A stretch of DNA of 64,000 bases from Priapulus caudatus (Eukaryota), in NCBI RefSeq assembly GCF_000485595.1, contig NW_014577080.1, positions 467,423 to 531,422 of the forward strand, in the 5' to 3' direction. Position 1 is the stretch's first letter, and each line of letters starts with the position of its first letter. Below, in pieces: positions 29,317-41,236 of the stretch. Both the position numbers and the translations under genes were made by a program. The notes below the pieces were generated by a model. It was not told where the DNA came from. It searched no databases and saw only the letters and a program-made list of their open reading frames with translations.

Positions 29317-29856
29317 GCAGGATAATGGCCTTGGGTAGACTAACAAGTACACAGTGTGTGTATTGTTTTAGGCATGTGACAATACACTGTGTATGTGTTA
29401 GCGAGGCTGTTCAAGCAATACACCTGCGATGTAGTTGTTGACAGCGCTGTGCTAACGGAATACAGCTGGTATAGTTGTTAGGTAGGTAGGCCTTTGGAGC
29501 TTTCAACAATACACTGTTTTATTGGTTGAACAGCCGTGGTCTAAGACAAGTACACTGTTTTTTCTTTTTCTTTTTTTAAGTGTAGTTTAGCTTTGTTGGA
29601 TTTGGGTGAGAGAGAGCTTTGGAAATTGGACATTTATTTGAATATGAATTTATTTGAAATTATTTGATTGATTTTATTTAAATTTATTGAAAGGGTGTAA
29701 GTTGAATTGGGTAGGGAGGTAGCACGAGTGTGTGTAGGGGTGAGCCATACTACAGATGACACAGGGTGGTATTGGTCGGATGAAGGTGGTTCGAACAGAT
29801 CACACTGTATTGTTGGAGAAGTGATATGGTGTTAGGTTTACCAGGAGTTATTCTGA
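29317..29856 (-). mobile_element. Same MITE family, inverted and noisy copy
   Basis: Reverse complement of 33410-33882. For example, TTTCTTTTTCTTTTTTTAAG at ~29560 matches AATTAAAAAGAAAAAAGAAAG, and GAAATTATTTGATTGATTTTATT matches AATAAAATCAATCAAAT. Degenerate TIRs at both ends. Confidence 0.7.
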
Positions 29857-29972
29857 TAGGTATAGGTGTAGCGATGATAGATCGGGGACTAGTGGGGTAG
29901 TAGCGTCTTGTCGGGCCGGGGGTGGCTTGTTTCACAGGACATCCATTACATGCGGTGGCTCCGCTCGTGCGG

Positions 29973-30213
29973 CTTTGCTGTTGGACCGCTCCGGACAACG
30001 GACGACGAGGACGATGGGGCGAGTGACACGCAGTAGTCGACGACGAGGCGATGTATGACGAGGTGTCCAGTCCGACGGGGACAGCGACGGACGTTGACGA
30101 TGCGCGAACGCTGGCCTTGGTACGCCGCGGACATGCGTGTGCGCTGGGTAAAAATATCGGATAGCTCGACAGGACAAAAGCGAGAATGCGCTCACGGCTG
30201 AAGCTAGCTAGGC
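29973..30213 (+). CDS. Candidate variable exon A: C-terminal part of the Ig V-like domain (frameshifted in assembly)
   Basis: Motifs in the correct order across frames: TGG ACC GCT CCG GAC AAC (WTAPDN, 29982), ACG ATG GGG (TMG), GTA GTC GAC GAC GAG (VVDDE, 30033), GTG TCC AGT CCG ACG GGG, (t)GG ACG TTG ACG AT (WTLTI), AAC GCT GGC CTT, GTG TGC GCT (VCA), CGG CTG AAG CTA, then donor GTGAGT at 30214. The acceptor position is uncertain; an alternative AG is at 29936-29937. Confidence 0.6.
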
Positions 30214-33200
30214 GTGAGTCAATGGGCGGTCGGCGCCAGCGCGTGTGTGGCTGCGTGCTCGGCGTGAGATCACGTCCTGTCGCGCCGGGATACGACCAGC
30301 ACGTCAGTATAAGGCTCAGAGAAATGAGCGGAGAGAAAAGAAGAGTGAGGAAGTGAGAAAAAAAGAGACAGAGGGAGGGGAGAGGAGACAGCGAAAGAGG
30401 AGAAGAATATTGTAAATAAAGTAAAAGATATAAATAATATATAATATTATAATATATACTGCTAGTATATAGCCCTTATATATAATTTATAGTATAGTTA
30501 AAGAAAAAAAAGTGAGAGAAAGCAGCGGAAGATGTATATATATAAATATATAATAGTATAAATAAGGATGATTAATATATATATATTATATATTGTGTAG
30601 TAGGTTTAGAAAGGCGAGAGAAGGGAGGAGGACTGAAAAGCGCAGGTGTGAATGGTGTTGAGTTCAGTGATCGTGTCTAAAATCGGGGTGAAGCAGCGAA
30701 AAGTGTCAGAGGAGCTGCCTGGCGGCGGCGATTGCAGACGAAACCGCATGAGCCTTCGAGTAATTACAGGCGATAGAGTGAGGATTCGGTGGCAGCGCAG
30801 TCGGTGCATTGAGCCGTGCGCTTTGAGTGTGTGCATGGCGGTCCTCCTTGTGATGCGCGGTGCGGCGTGCGCGTGCTTGATGACGTGCATTGTGCGAGAA
30901 GAGAATGGATAGAGCGAGGAGAGAGAGATCGGAAAAGAGGAAGAGGAGAGGAGATGGAGGCAGCAGGATGAGAGAGAGAAAGGGCAAGCCCGGAGGTGAG
31001 AGTGAGAAGAGAGAGAGAGAAAAGAAAGAGAGAGAGGAAGCATCGAGAAGAGAGAGAGAAAGAAGAGAAGAGAAAGACAAGAGGAGCAGAGAGGAAAGAA
31101 TGAGAAGAGAGAGGGTTGAATGAGTGCGGGTAGGGTGATAATTCTGCAGTGACAGCCGTGCATTACCGTGCCTGAGTGTGTGCGTGCGGGTGTGCGCGTG
31201 CGCTTGCGTGTGTGTGTGTGTGTGCGTGCGCGATGCGGGTGCGTGTTCCTATGTGCGTGTGCGTAGTGTGTGCCGCCCGCCGTGCGTGCGTGATGTGTGC
31301 GCGCGTGCGTGCCGTGCGTGCGTGTGCGTGTGTGTGCAGAGAGAGCAGAGATGGAGAGGAGAGATAGATGCGACGGATGATAGGAAGAAAGAGAGAGAGC
31401 GCTGACGAAAGCAGGAGTGAGAGCGCACTTCGAACGCGCCACTAATATTTGGCGGACATTAATTGCCGGTAGCGCGCGCTTTTTGTACGCTCTACCACGG
31501 ATGCATGAGTTTTGTCTCGTCGCGGTCTAAATTAAATCTATCGGCTTCGAATTGCGTTTCGTTGGCTAATAAAACCGTAATTGTAATGTCTAGAGGTGGG
31601 AGGGGAAACAGACGCGAAATTGCGCAGACTGCTAATGAGTGGGCCAACCGCTGCCGTGGGTGAGGTGGCTTGCGTTGTTTGCACACAATTACCTAAACGT
31701 CCCCCCCCCCCGGAGCGTGTTTTCTGCGTCAGTCTACGACACGCAGAAAACCAAGCGGCGCGCACTAGCACGGAGCGCGCTTTGATTATAGACGTCGCCC
31801 ACGCCGACCGCAATTCTGCCTCTGATGATTAGTCGACGCACAATTTTAGCGGGCTGTTGCGCAGAAAGAACGTGGCGCCTGAGATGTAGCCGACCTGGTA
31901 CATTCGGCGGCGGCGCGCCGCGGTGGGTGGGGCGGCGCGGGATGTGGGGTGTTTTTTGTGGTGGTGTCTGGTTTCCAGCGCGTGAGTTTTAGTGTTATGG
32001 TGGGTGTCGAGGCTCTCGTTTGTCGCGCGTTGAATTGATGGTGTTGTGGGTGGGGGGGAATGGTGTTGCGCCGGATTTTTTGGTTGGGGTTTTTTTTTGG
32101 GTTGCTGTTGTCGTTAGGATGTGTTTTTGAGAGATGCCTTTTCGGTTTTGTATTGATTAGGAATAGAGCGTACGTTTTGGGGGTGGTTTGGTAGCTCGGC
32201 GCGGGTATGTGTGGACGTCGTTTGTGGAGATACGGATGTGGGGCGCGCGCGGGTGCCGTGGCGGGGTTGTTGGTTGGCGGGCGGGTGGTGTTTGGCTGTA
32301 GGTTTTGGTTATGAGTTGAGTTATTTTTTTTATTTGTTTTTGTTTTTTTGGTGTGGTTATGTGGGCGGGAGTATTGGAATGTGGGACGGCGCGTGAGGTG
32401 ATGGGGGGATCGGTGCGGGCGGCGTAGGTGGGGCGGCGCTGAAGGTGGCACAAGGTGGGCTGGGGGGTCGGTCGGTCACCTATCGCCGAGAGACTCGGCG
32501 TGATTTACATCGTGACGCGTTTACTGCTTCGCAGAACTACGAACATTCTCGTTTTGAAAGTTCAAACGGACGTTCCGTTTGATGGCGGCGGGCGGTAGTC
32601 GCTCGTTGTGAGGGTGCTCGTTTTGCGACGATGTTTGGGCCGCGTGACGATATATAGTTGTGTTTTGTGTATAGAGTAATAGCTTTGTAATAGGAAATTT
32701 CGGGGCGTGTGTTAGGAGCTGGAAAGTTCGGATAACCGGATTCATCTATAACTAGAATTGAATTCAGTCTATATGCAGGATCAGCCGTCGAAGCCTCTGA
32801 GGTAATGCTGCCTCCATATTTTGGCGACTTAGGAATCATGTTGTTACGATTTTTGAATTTAAAATCATTGGTTAAACTCTTTTGACGTAATCTAGGTAAT
32901 GGTCTGGAGGAACATTATTTATTTGATTTATAAACTTAATAATGATTTTTGAGGCTTTGAATTTAGCTGTCTCTTAGGTAGAAAGGTACCGATCTTCTAT
33001 AATAGTTTCCTGTCAGGCTGGTGAGCACAATTTATTTATTCGAATTAGTAGGTGATATGTATGTGAGGTGGGAGGTGAGAGCTTCAGTTCTGTGGTTTCA
33101 TTAGTCAAGATGGAATTCATTCGTATATTCACGCTTATCCGGGGTAACATCATATTCATTATAAAGTTAATATAGGCTTTATTTTTTGTGATAATTAATT

Positions 33201-33409
33201 TCAGGTGGAATTTAGTGGCGGAACGGGAGTAACATATAACAAGATCAGTACATTTAGCGCTTTTTTTATTAACGGCTCGAGAGCGTTTATCTTAACATAA
33301 TTTAATCGGAAATTTCCATTAATGAAAGCGCGGCGCATTTTTACAACTTAATTTCTAACTTAAATAAACATTGTTTAAGATTTTTTCAGATAATTTAGTG
33401 TATTGATAC

Positions 33410-33882
33410 GCAGAGTGAATGCCTGGTATCTTAACCAATACATTTTTTTAGCAATTACAGTGTGTATTGTTGACACCTTCTAACATTACACTGCTGGTAT
33501 TGTAGTAGGTACCTAACCACTTGTGTATTTATATTTCAATTTTCATTTTCAATAAACTTTAATAAAATCAATCAAATTAATTTCAATAAATTCACTTTAA
33601 ATTAGAAATGTCAATTTCAAGTTTACAAAATCAAAAGTAAGCCTAATTAAAAAGAAAAAAGAAAGAATAGTGTATTGTATAGAAGTGTTCAAACAATAAA
33701 CAGTGTATTGTTTGAAAAGACTCATTGGTACCTACTTACAATGCACAGGTGTATTGTTAGAAGGCTGTTCAACAATACACAGTGTATTGTTGAAAGCTTT
33801 GCTAACAATACACAGTGTATTGTCAAATGCCTAAACATGCAACACACTGTTGCTATTGTTAGTTACCAGCGGATTTATCTGC
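33410..33882 (+). mobile_element. Same MITE family, full-length noisy copy
   Basis: Degenerate left TIR after GATAC, and right TIR TATTGTTAGTTACCAGCGGATTTATCTGC followed by GATAC. The TSD is either GATAC or TA and is ambiguous because of noise. Confidence 0.7.
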
Positions 33883-34714
33883 GATACGGTTATACGTACG
33901 TTATCTTAATGTAATATTCAACTCCTTCATTTTACATAACACAATCTTTAGCATTTGAACAAAGAGTTAGTGAACAATTGTGTGCGAAGCTGCAAAGGAA
34001 TTACATTAATTTAACTGTGATGAACTTTTATATTATTAAGGGTTATTTCATTGAGCGTATCATAATTCAGTTTGCGGGAGGGTTTGGGATGGTTTTTTTA
34101 TTCGGGGTGTGGTGGTCGTCAAGAGTGACGGCGGGTTTTTTGATTGGGGGGTTTGTATTCTAGACAGTCGACCGTGGCAGTACGCCATTGGCCATGCGTG
34201 AACATGATAGTATCTATGATTGGTCTAGGTGGGAGGGCGGGACTGCCCATCCTTCTCCCCACCTTGGCTTACAGCCCTTGCTGTTGCATTTGTTCAAAAA
34301 CTTCGCACCTCTCACAGTTCAGAGCGGGCGGTGTTGTTGGCATGATTCAATCAATTTAAGTCTTATTCGTGTTATTTCTGGAGGCATTCATATTTCGAAT
34401 CGTCGTCTTATTCGATTACCTACGGCCCAGCATAAGGACTTATGCTTTTACCCTTTCGTAATTATGTGTTTGTCCTTTTCACGCATAGAAGACAAACGCC
34501 GCTTATGTAAACACTCACTTGTGCTTTCATCTTCGCGTGGGGGATATCACGGATTATGTGAATAACTAGAATGCCAAAGATTCGGTTATTCGCCCTTGAG
34601 TGAATTTTAGCTGTTTTTATTAATATAATATAGGCCTATATATATTATATATTATATATATTATATATCAATATATAAATATAAATGCGATCATATCCAC
34701 ACAGTTATTGTAAG

Positions 34715-34750
<36 letters not shown>

Positions 34751-36267
34751 ATCTTACAATACTGTGTGGATATGATTCGTATTTATATTTATATAACAGA
34801 CTAGACGCGTGTCTATACGAGCATTCGCGTGCCGTTAAAACTGTACTCATGGTATAATATGGGATGCTATAATGTATGTACGTTGTGTATATAGTGCGCA
34901 CTAATGCACTAAGACCGGCCACTGTATTGTTGGTGAGGTTACAGGGTCACCTTCCCATCGCCCGACATTACGCGAACCGAGCTGCAGCAGTAATTAAATT
35001 CGACATGCAAATCGTAAATGCAAATTCTATACACCGCGTGCTTTGCGTGTATTCGTGTACCACGCGAAAAAAAATCTTTACGGCATCGCTATAATACCTA
35101 GCCTGTTGTACGAATTCGACGTATGTTGTACGTAACTCTACTGTGCACGCACACTGGCTTGTATTATATCATACTGACCACATATTCCAATGCAGATGTT
35201 GTAGAATATCGCAATGCGTATTACATTTTATGAACTGTAAAAAGTTTATAATGACCGAGTGTTTGCGGGCGTCTCAGCGGAATAAGCGATAACTGTCACT
35301 TTAACGAAAAACTGCGTCGATAAGGGACTCGCACGAAAATCCATCCGAACACCAGAAACAATTTCCGCATTTTTAATCTGCGAAATAAATCGCGCCTGTA
35401 AAGCGGTTGAAAGATTATCGAGCTCTTCACGGTCGCCATGTTTGTGCTTGCCGCATTGACACAGCCCGTAATAATCTCCTAGCGGCCTGCATGCGAGCGC
35501 TCGAGGAGTATCAAATCGCCTTCGGCCATCATCCCGTCCTACAACAACGGCTGTAACACGACTTGTGTGGCCGATATCTCCGTCAACGCTGTTCTGCTAA
35601 TAACCAATTTAAGCGCGATCTACTGTGAAACTGTGTCGCAATAAAAATGCGCGTGTAAAGAAAGGCGAGAATGTATTTGTCTTGGATATCGTGTATGATT
35701 TACTATGGTCGTGTATCTTGCAGACTGCTGACTTGCTGATCAAAACCTGGTTGTAAATCGAACACAATCCAATCACAGCCTGGGCCAAGAAATCAATTGA
35801 ACAGACGATTCATACCAACGCGTAACGTCCCGAATCGTAAACATCGAAATTTTGCAGCGATCCAGTTAATTACCATCATGTGAAACAAAGAGAAACCAAA
35901 CAAAACTCAGGATTGCCAACATGAATACAAATCACTTGAATTTACTCGTCTCTCTTTCGCATGTGATCTTCTGGCAACGCGGCTATATCATTCACACTTG
36001 CAGTCATCCGACCTCCCACGCCTCAAGTAAGTAGACAGGAAAAAGCAACCGTGCAGTAACTATATGCGGATAAAATCGCTATGGTTGTACATTGGACAGC
36101 CGGATTAGTTCTTCCCCAGTCGAATACCGCGTTCATTGACATGGACAACAGCGGCTTTAGACTTTGACAGATGCGCATTGTCTTTCTAGGAGGTTTGACG
36201 TGACGTCCCTGCGCCGATTCTTCTAGGCAGATTTGTCGTGCACGTACGCGTAAACTGCTGAATCACC

Positions 36268-36268
36268 A

Positions 36269-36307
<39 letters not shown>

Positions 36308-36830
36308 TACTGTGCAAGACTCCACCTGATCATGAATCGCAATGTAATCAAGTACGCTGACCAAATAGACGGTCTCCGAATGGCGAAGTAAATTACCGGG
36401 AGAGTTGCAATTTGCGCTAACAGCAATTTGAATGCGCAATTTGTTTTGTCGTATTGATTGTTCGATGTTTCGAACGTTTAACGGACGTGTAATCGGCATT
36501 CTGTGAGCGGGATGTTATAAAAGCGAAAATAAGCGTCGCCGACGTTACTTGGCGTGGATGTTGAAATCTTGCGCTTTTTCTTTTGGCGTGAATGCCAAGG
36601 CGTGGGTGCTGCTACTGCTGCTGCTGCTGCTGCTGATGTTACTGCTATTGGTGATGTTGGTGCTGTGCTTCTGTGCTGACATTGCTGCTGGTGTTGCTGC
36701 TGCTGTGATTGCTGTTGTTGTTGTTGTTGTTGTTGTCGTCGTCGTCATTGCTGCTGCTGTTGCTGCTGCATGCTGCTGCCGCCGCCGTTGATGATGCTTC
36801 TGCCTCTGCCGCTCCTGCTGCTGTCATGGT
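36268..36830. repeat. (CTG)n/(GTT)n trinucleotide tracts
   Basis: Directly visible. They produce poly-Ala/Leu/Val/Ser pseudo-ORFs. Confidence 0.9.
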
Positions 36831-38049
36831 CGTAGTGATGAGATAGAACAGTACATGGATGATTGCCAACTCAATGCGGCTGCTATGTCTATTCTTATGG
36901 ATAATTCACCGCGCAGTTTGACTGTCGCCTATACTAGCCACAAGTCTCTATTCCCAGCTTTATCCGCCTAACGCGAGCTTATCTTTGAAATATATCGATT
37001 ATTAAATTGCTCTCTTAGGTAGCAAGCTATTACCGCTTGACAAACGCGGTGTTTTCCCTGATAATGCTGATCATCTCCTCAGTGTATTGTATATCTTGCT
37101 AGTGTTGCAAGTTTAATATCACAGGAAACGACGTACTGAATAAACCACTGATTGACTGAGCAATGGACTGACTGACTATATGACTCATTGATCAAACGAC
37201 AGGTCGAACAGAGGACTTAGCAAACTGACCCGTCAAATAACATAGTGAGCAGAACTAGGGACCATGACCGATCAAGCGACCAAATGAACAAATGAATGAA
37301 CTTCTCGAACGTTTACAAAGACGGCAACTATATTTCTGCTGCTGTTGATAATTGGCGACTGTTCATAAAACACCGTCTATTTCGTTGAAGGAAATCCGTA
37401 ATCTTGCAGCACGAACATTAATTATATTTAATTAAGCTACATAATTGAAGACGCACACGCGAGTTAATCTCAGATGCAGCGATGATTCATTTAATGCGAT
37501 AACTCAACATAAAAATCACTAACATGGAGTTCATATTAGTACGAGCTCATGAACAGGTTTTACAGGTATATACCGAACCCATTCGACAAATATTATAGCT
37601 AAAGGGATTAACATAGATTAAGAATTGATTTTCCTCAAACGAAATTTTCTCGACCCAAAAATGACGGATTTTTCGGGCTCCTTTCGAATACTCGCAAAGT
37701 CACCTTGTCCTCGTAGATTATTGAAACGCTGCGTACCTACACCGTATGTTTTTTCTAGTTTTTTTCTCACTCAATCCATCTCGTGATGAACAAACACAAA
37801 AGCTCGTCGATTCGCATCGGACAAGCAGAACACACGCGCTGGCGGATACAGACGCGGGTCCGTTGAAACAAGCGCCAGGAAAACTCGCGCGTCGCCACCG
37901 AGTTCTCTCTCGGCGACGTGTCAACAACTGTTCTCTACCGGCGGTCTATTAGAGTAAATGGCGGGCGGCGCGCACGCACACTGAGTCGATACGAACAAGG
38001 AGCGCGCACGAGAGGCGGGTAATTGATGCCGCAATTTGTCGAGAGGCGC

Positions 38050-38341
38050 CTGTGCGGCCTGGCGCGCGGGGCTAGAGGATGGACAGACGATGTCGTTCAT
38101 AGAGCACCGCGACCAGGACAGCATAGGAAACGCATTAATCACAGGACGACGAGCGTCTGTGCAGCTGGTGGCGTTCCCTGAGCACTCGATACGGTCGGAT
38201 GTGGAGCGCTTCCGTCGTCGTCGTGCCGCCTGCGAGCATTACGGCCGTAAGATGTTTAAACATTGTTAGCCGAGTGCAAAGTTGATGAAGAGCCCCCTAA
38301 TGGGTTTACGTGTTCGGCTTTTAAGGACGCAAACGGCAGCG
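38050..38341 (+). CDS. Candidate variable exon B: C-terminal part of the Ig V-like domain (degenerate or noisy)
   Basis: Across frames: AW(38060)RAGLEDGQTM, SIGNALIT then (+1 shift) DDERL (38145), MWS (Trp at 38202), EHYGR, ECKVDEEPP (Cys at 38275). The order parallels exon C. Splice sites are not clear and short extra insertions are present. Confidence 0.4.
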
Positions 38342-38440
38342 GTAGGGATTTTACAGGTGTAGTAGCCGCAAATGTCGCTGCTGTCGTCAATTGCTACTGT
38401 GCGTGCGTGCGTGTGTGGGTGTGTGTGAGTTTGGGTGTGT

Positions 38441-38492
<52 letters not shown>

Positions 38493-38496
38493 TGGT

Positions 38497-38610
<114 letters not shown>

Positions 38611-40213
38611 ATTGTGCACTCAGCGTGCGCGCGCGGGCGGTAGCCTCGTGTTGCTACTTACTCTGGCTCTGACGCGCTTCATGAAATGTGGATTCCCGCG
38701 CGCACAGCGGCAAAGCTCGCAGAAAATTGACGACGTGCTCGGCGAGTATTGTTTCCGAGGTTTCAATAACCACGAATTCTGTTCGGACGCCATTTATAAG
38801 TCTTCGTAAAAAGACATGCAAAACCACTTTCCCCGCATTCATTTTCTGTGGCTCTAATCCGAAACGTAAACACGATGCTTTGTGCATACTAACGGCAGCG
38901 TTATATTTCTCATTATTGGCAATCGATGGTCGGATACAATTGTTTCTGCAGTGGTTTTGCATAATCCCGTATAGATGGTTTTCTTCTACGCCATCCATGA
39001 ATAATTGATGACATTTAATGAGACTTCAATCACGATCGAGAGAACATGCACGTCGTTATCAACGGGATTTTTTACTATTATCGCTGCACACGACAGTATA
39101 TCGTCGACTGTCTAGCCGACAGTCTGAGTGTCAGAATATCGATATCTTGCTTTACTGCTAACTTTGAAGCTGTTACTTTGCTGCCTCCTCTGATGTTTGA
39201 CATGCATATAGATCACACGTGCGTATATAGCGTGTGGCTGCCGATGCATGTGTAGAAACAACCCCGCTAGCGTTGGGCTCACATCGCGTCAGTACGCAGA
39301 ACGCGCCCACGGTTGTCACAAATCCATAAACACTGCAACATCGACTAATAACAAAATTACATAACGACGATGGTTGCAACTCAATAATGTATATTTCCTC
39401 TCCGGTAAACTCTATATTGCATCCGGCTGTACAGCATGGAACTATCAGAACGGCTTCGGGATTGCGTTGGTCCAAGCGACATCCAATACGATAAATCTTT
39501 GTTAGACTCGGTGCGGGAGCGAGATGTTATCTAATTTTAGAAGAGGCAGTGTTGTAATCAAGTAATACTGTTATATCTGCCGCTGAGCGATTTCTAAACA
39601 CGAAATCGATGAATTCAATGGCGTGGGAGAAGGATCGCCAAACGTCAATAATGGTCATTAGCGTGAAACACACAAGTGATGTGAAAACTCTCTGCCGGCG
39701 AACATTTGCCCACACTTCAATCATTGTCGCTTCCAATATAGGGTTAACTTAGTCGCCTTGTGGGACTGATGAATACACGCAGAGCCCTTGCAAAGGCTAT
39801 CGTACGTGGGCACGAAAATGAACAAGTGTTATGTCAACAGAACACCATCTTGTGTGGAAATCTGTCAAATTAATAGGGTAAATACGAATGGAAATGGGTT
39901 CTAAACTCCCAAAGGTTTACTTTGTTCGATTTCTGTTCGACGTTTTGTCTAATGTTTGCCCCTTTAGTGTGTTCAGCGGTCTTCGGCTCGGATGTTTGTA
40001 AGTGACACATGAATTCGCGTAGGTTGGACAAAAATTTCGCGAAAGCGATAGGGAAATTATTTTATTCCAACATCAATGACTGCGGCACATCGTTTATTCT
40101 GTCTGATTCGTTTTACGCCTACGTACATACTGAAGCAACCTGCCAGCGATAGCACGCGAGAGTCTTGCGCGAAATATTCCATAAAATTCGCATCGCGCGT
40201 GCTGTGTTAATGA

Positions 40214-41236
40214 TATCAGGAGTGTCATAATATCAAGAGTAGATAATAGGGAAAGAGTGTGACTTCAATAAACAAGGGAAATTCGTCGTTTACTAGCCTT
40301 ATAATACCTACGATGTACTACGCGTAACTCATCCTACTTGAACTAAAATCGTACACAGTACATTCGCTTAGCATCGTGCGAAATCTTTACCTCGTATACA
40401 CCTGCAATCCGGAGATACAGACTAAAACGTACGACACGATTTTCCATTCTGTTGCCAGCAAACTCGATGCGTTCAGCGCCGAATTTGAAACAAAAGGCAG
40501 CTACTAACCACAGCTTGCTCTCTCGGCCAGGCGGTGTGGCTCGAGAGAGATTGCACATCGACGCAACACTCGGCGAGATAACCTTTGACCCGGCATACAG
40601 CTACATACCGGCATACCGGCATACAGCTGGTATGCCCCTCACGCACGCACGTTCACCGCAATCAGCAGCAGCTCCAGCTCCAATCTCCCTGCGAGCCACA
40701 CCGCCTGGCCGAGAAAGCAAGCTGTGGTTAGTAGCTGCCTTTTGTTTCAAATTCGGCGCTGAACGCATCGAGTTTGCTGGCAACAGAATGGAAAATCGTG
40801 TCATACGTTTTAGTCTGTATCTCTGGATTGCGGGTGTATACGAGGAAACGATTTCGCACGATGCTAGGCGAATGTACTGTGTACGATTTGAGCTCAAGTT
40901 GGATGAGTTACGCGTAGTAAATCGTAGGTATTACAAGGCTAGTAAATGACAAATTTCCCTTGTTTATTAAAGTCACACTCCTTCCTTATTATCTACTCCT
41001 GATAATATAGATCTATCTTACCTATCTATCTTATCCTATCTTATCTTATCTCATCTTATCTTATTTTATCTCATCTCATCTTATCTTATCTTATCTTATC
41101 TTATCTTATCTTATCTCATCTTATCTTATCTTATCTTATCTTATCTTATCTTATTTTATCTTATCTCATCTTATCTTATCTTATCTTATCTTATCTTATC
41201 TTATATTATCTTATCTATATTATGACACGCCTGATA
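40214..41236. mobile_element. Foldback/long-TIR non-autonomous DNA element with a (TCTTA)n expansion in the right arm
   Basis: The left arm 40214-40553 is the near-perfect reverse complement of 40681-~41004 plus 41217-41236, with a spacer of ~127 bp. The right arm is interrupted by ~200 bp of (TCTTA)n. Confidence 0.85.

Noticed and set aside
40343..40949. Paired ORFs with the same peptide on both strands
   Set aside because: This is a consequence of the inverted repeat, and no protein family is recognisable.
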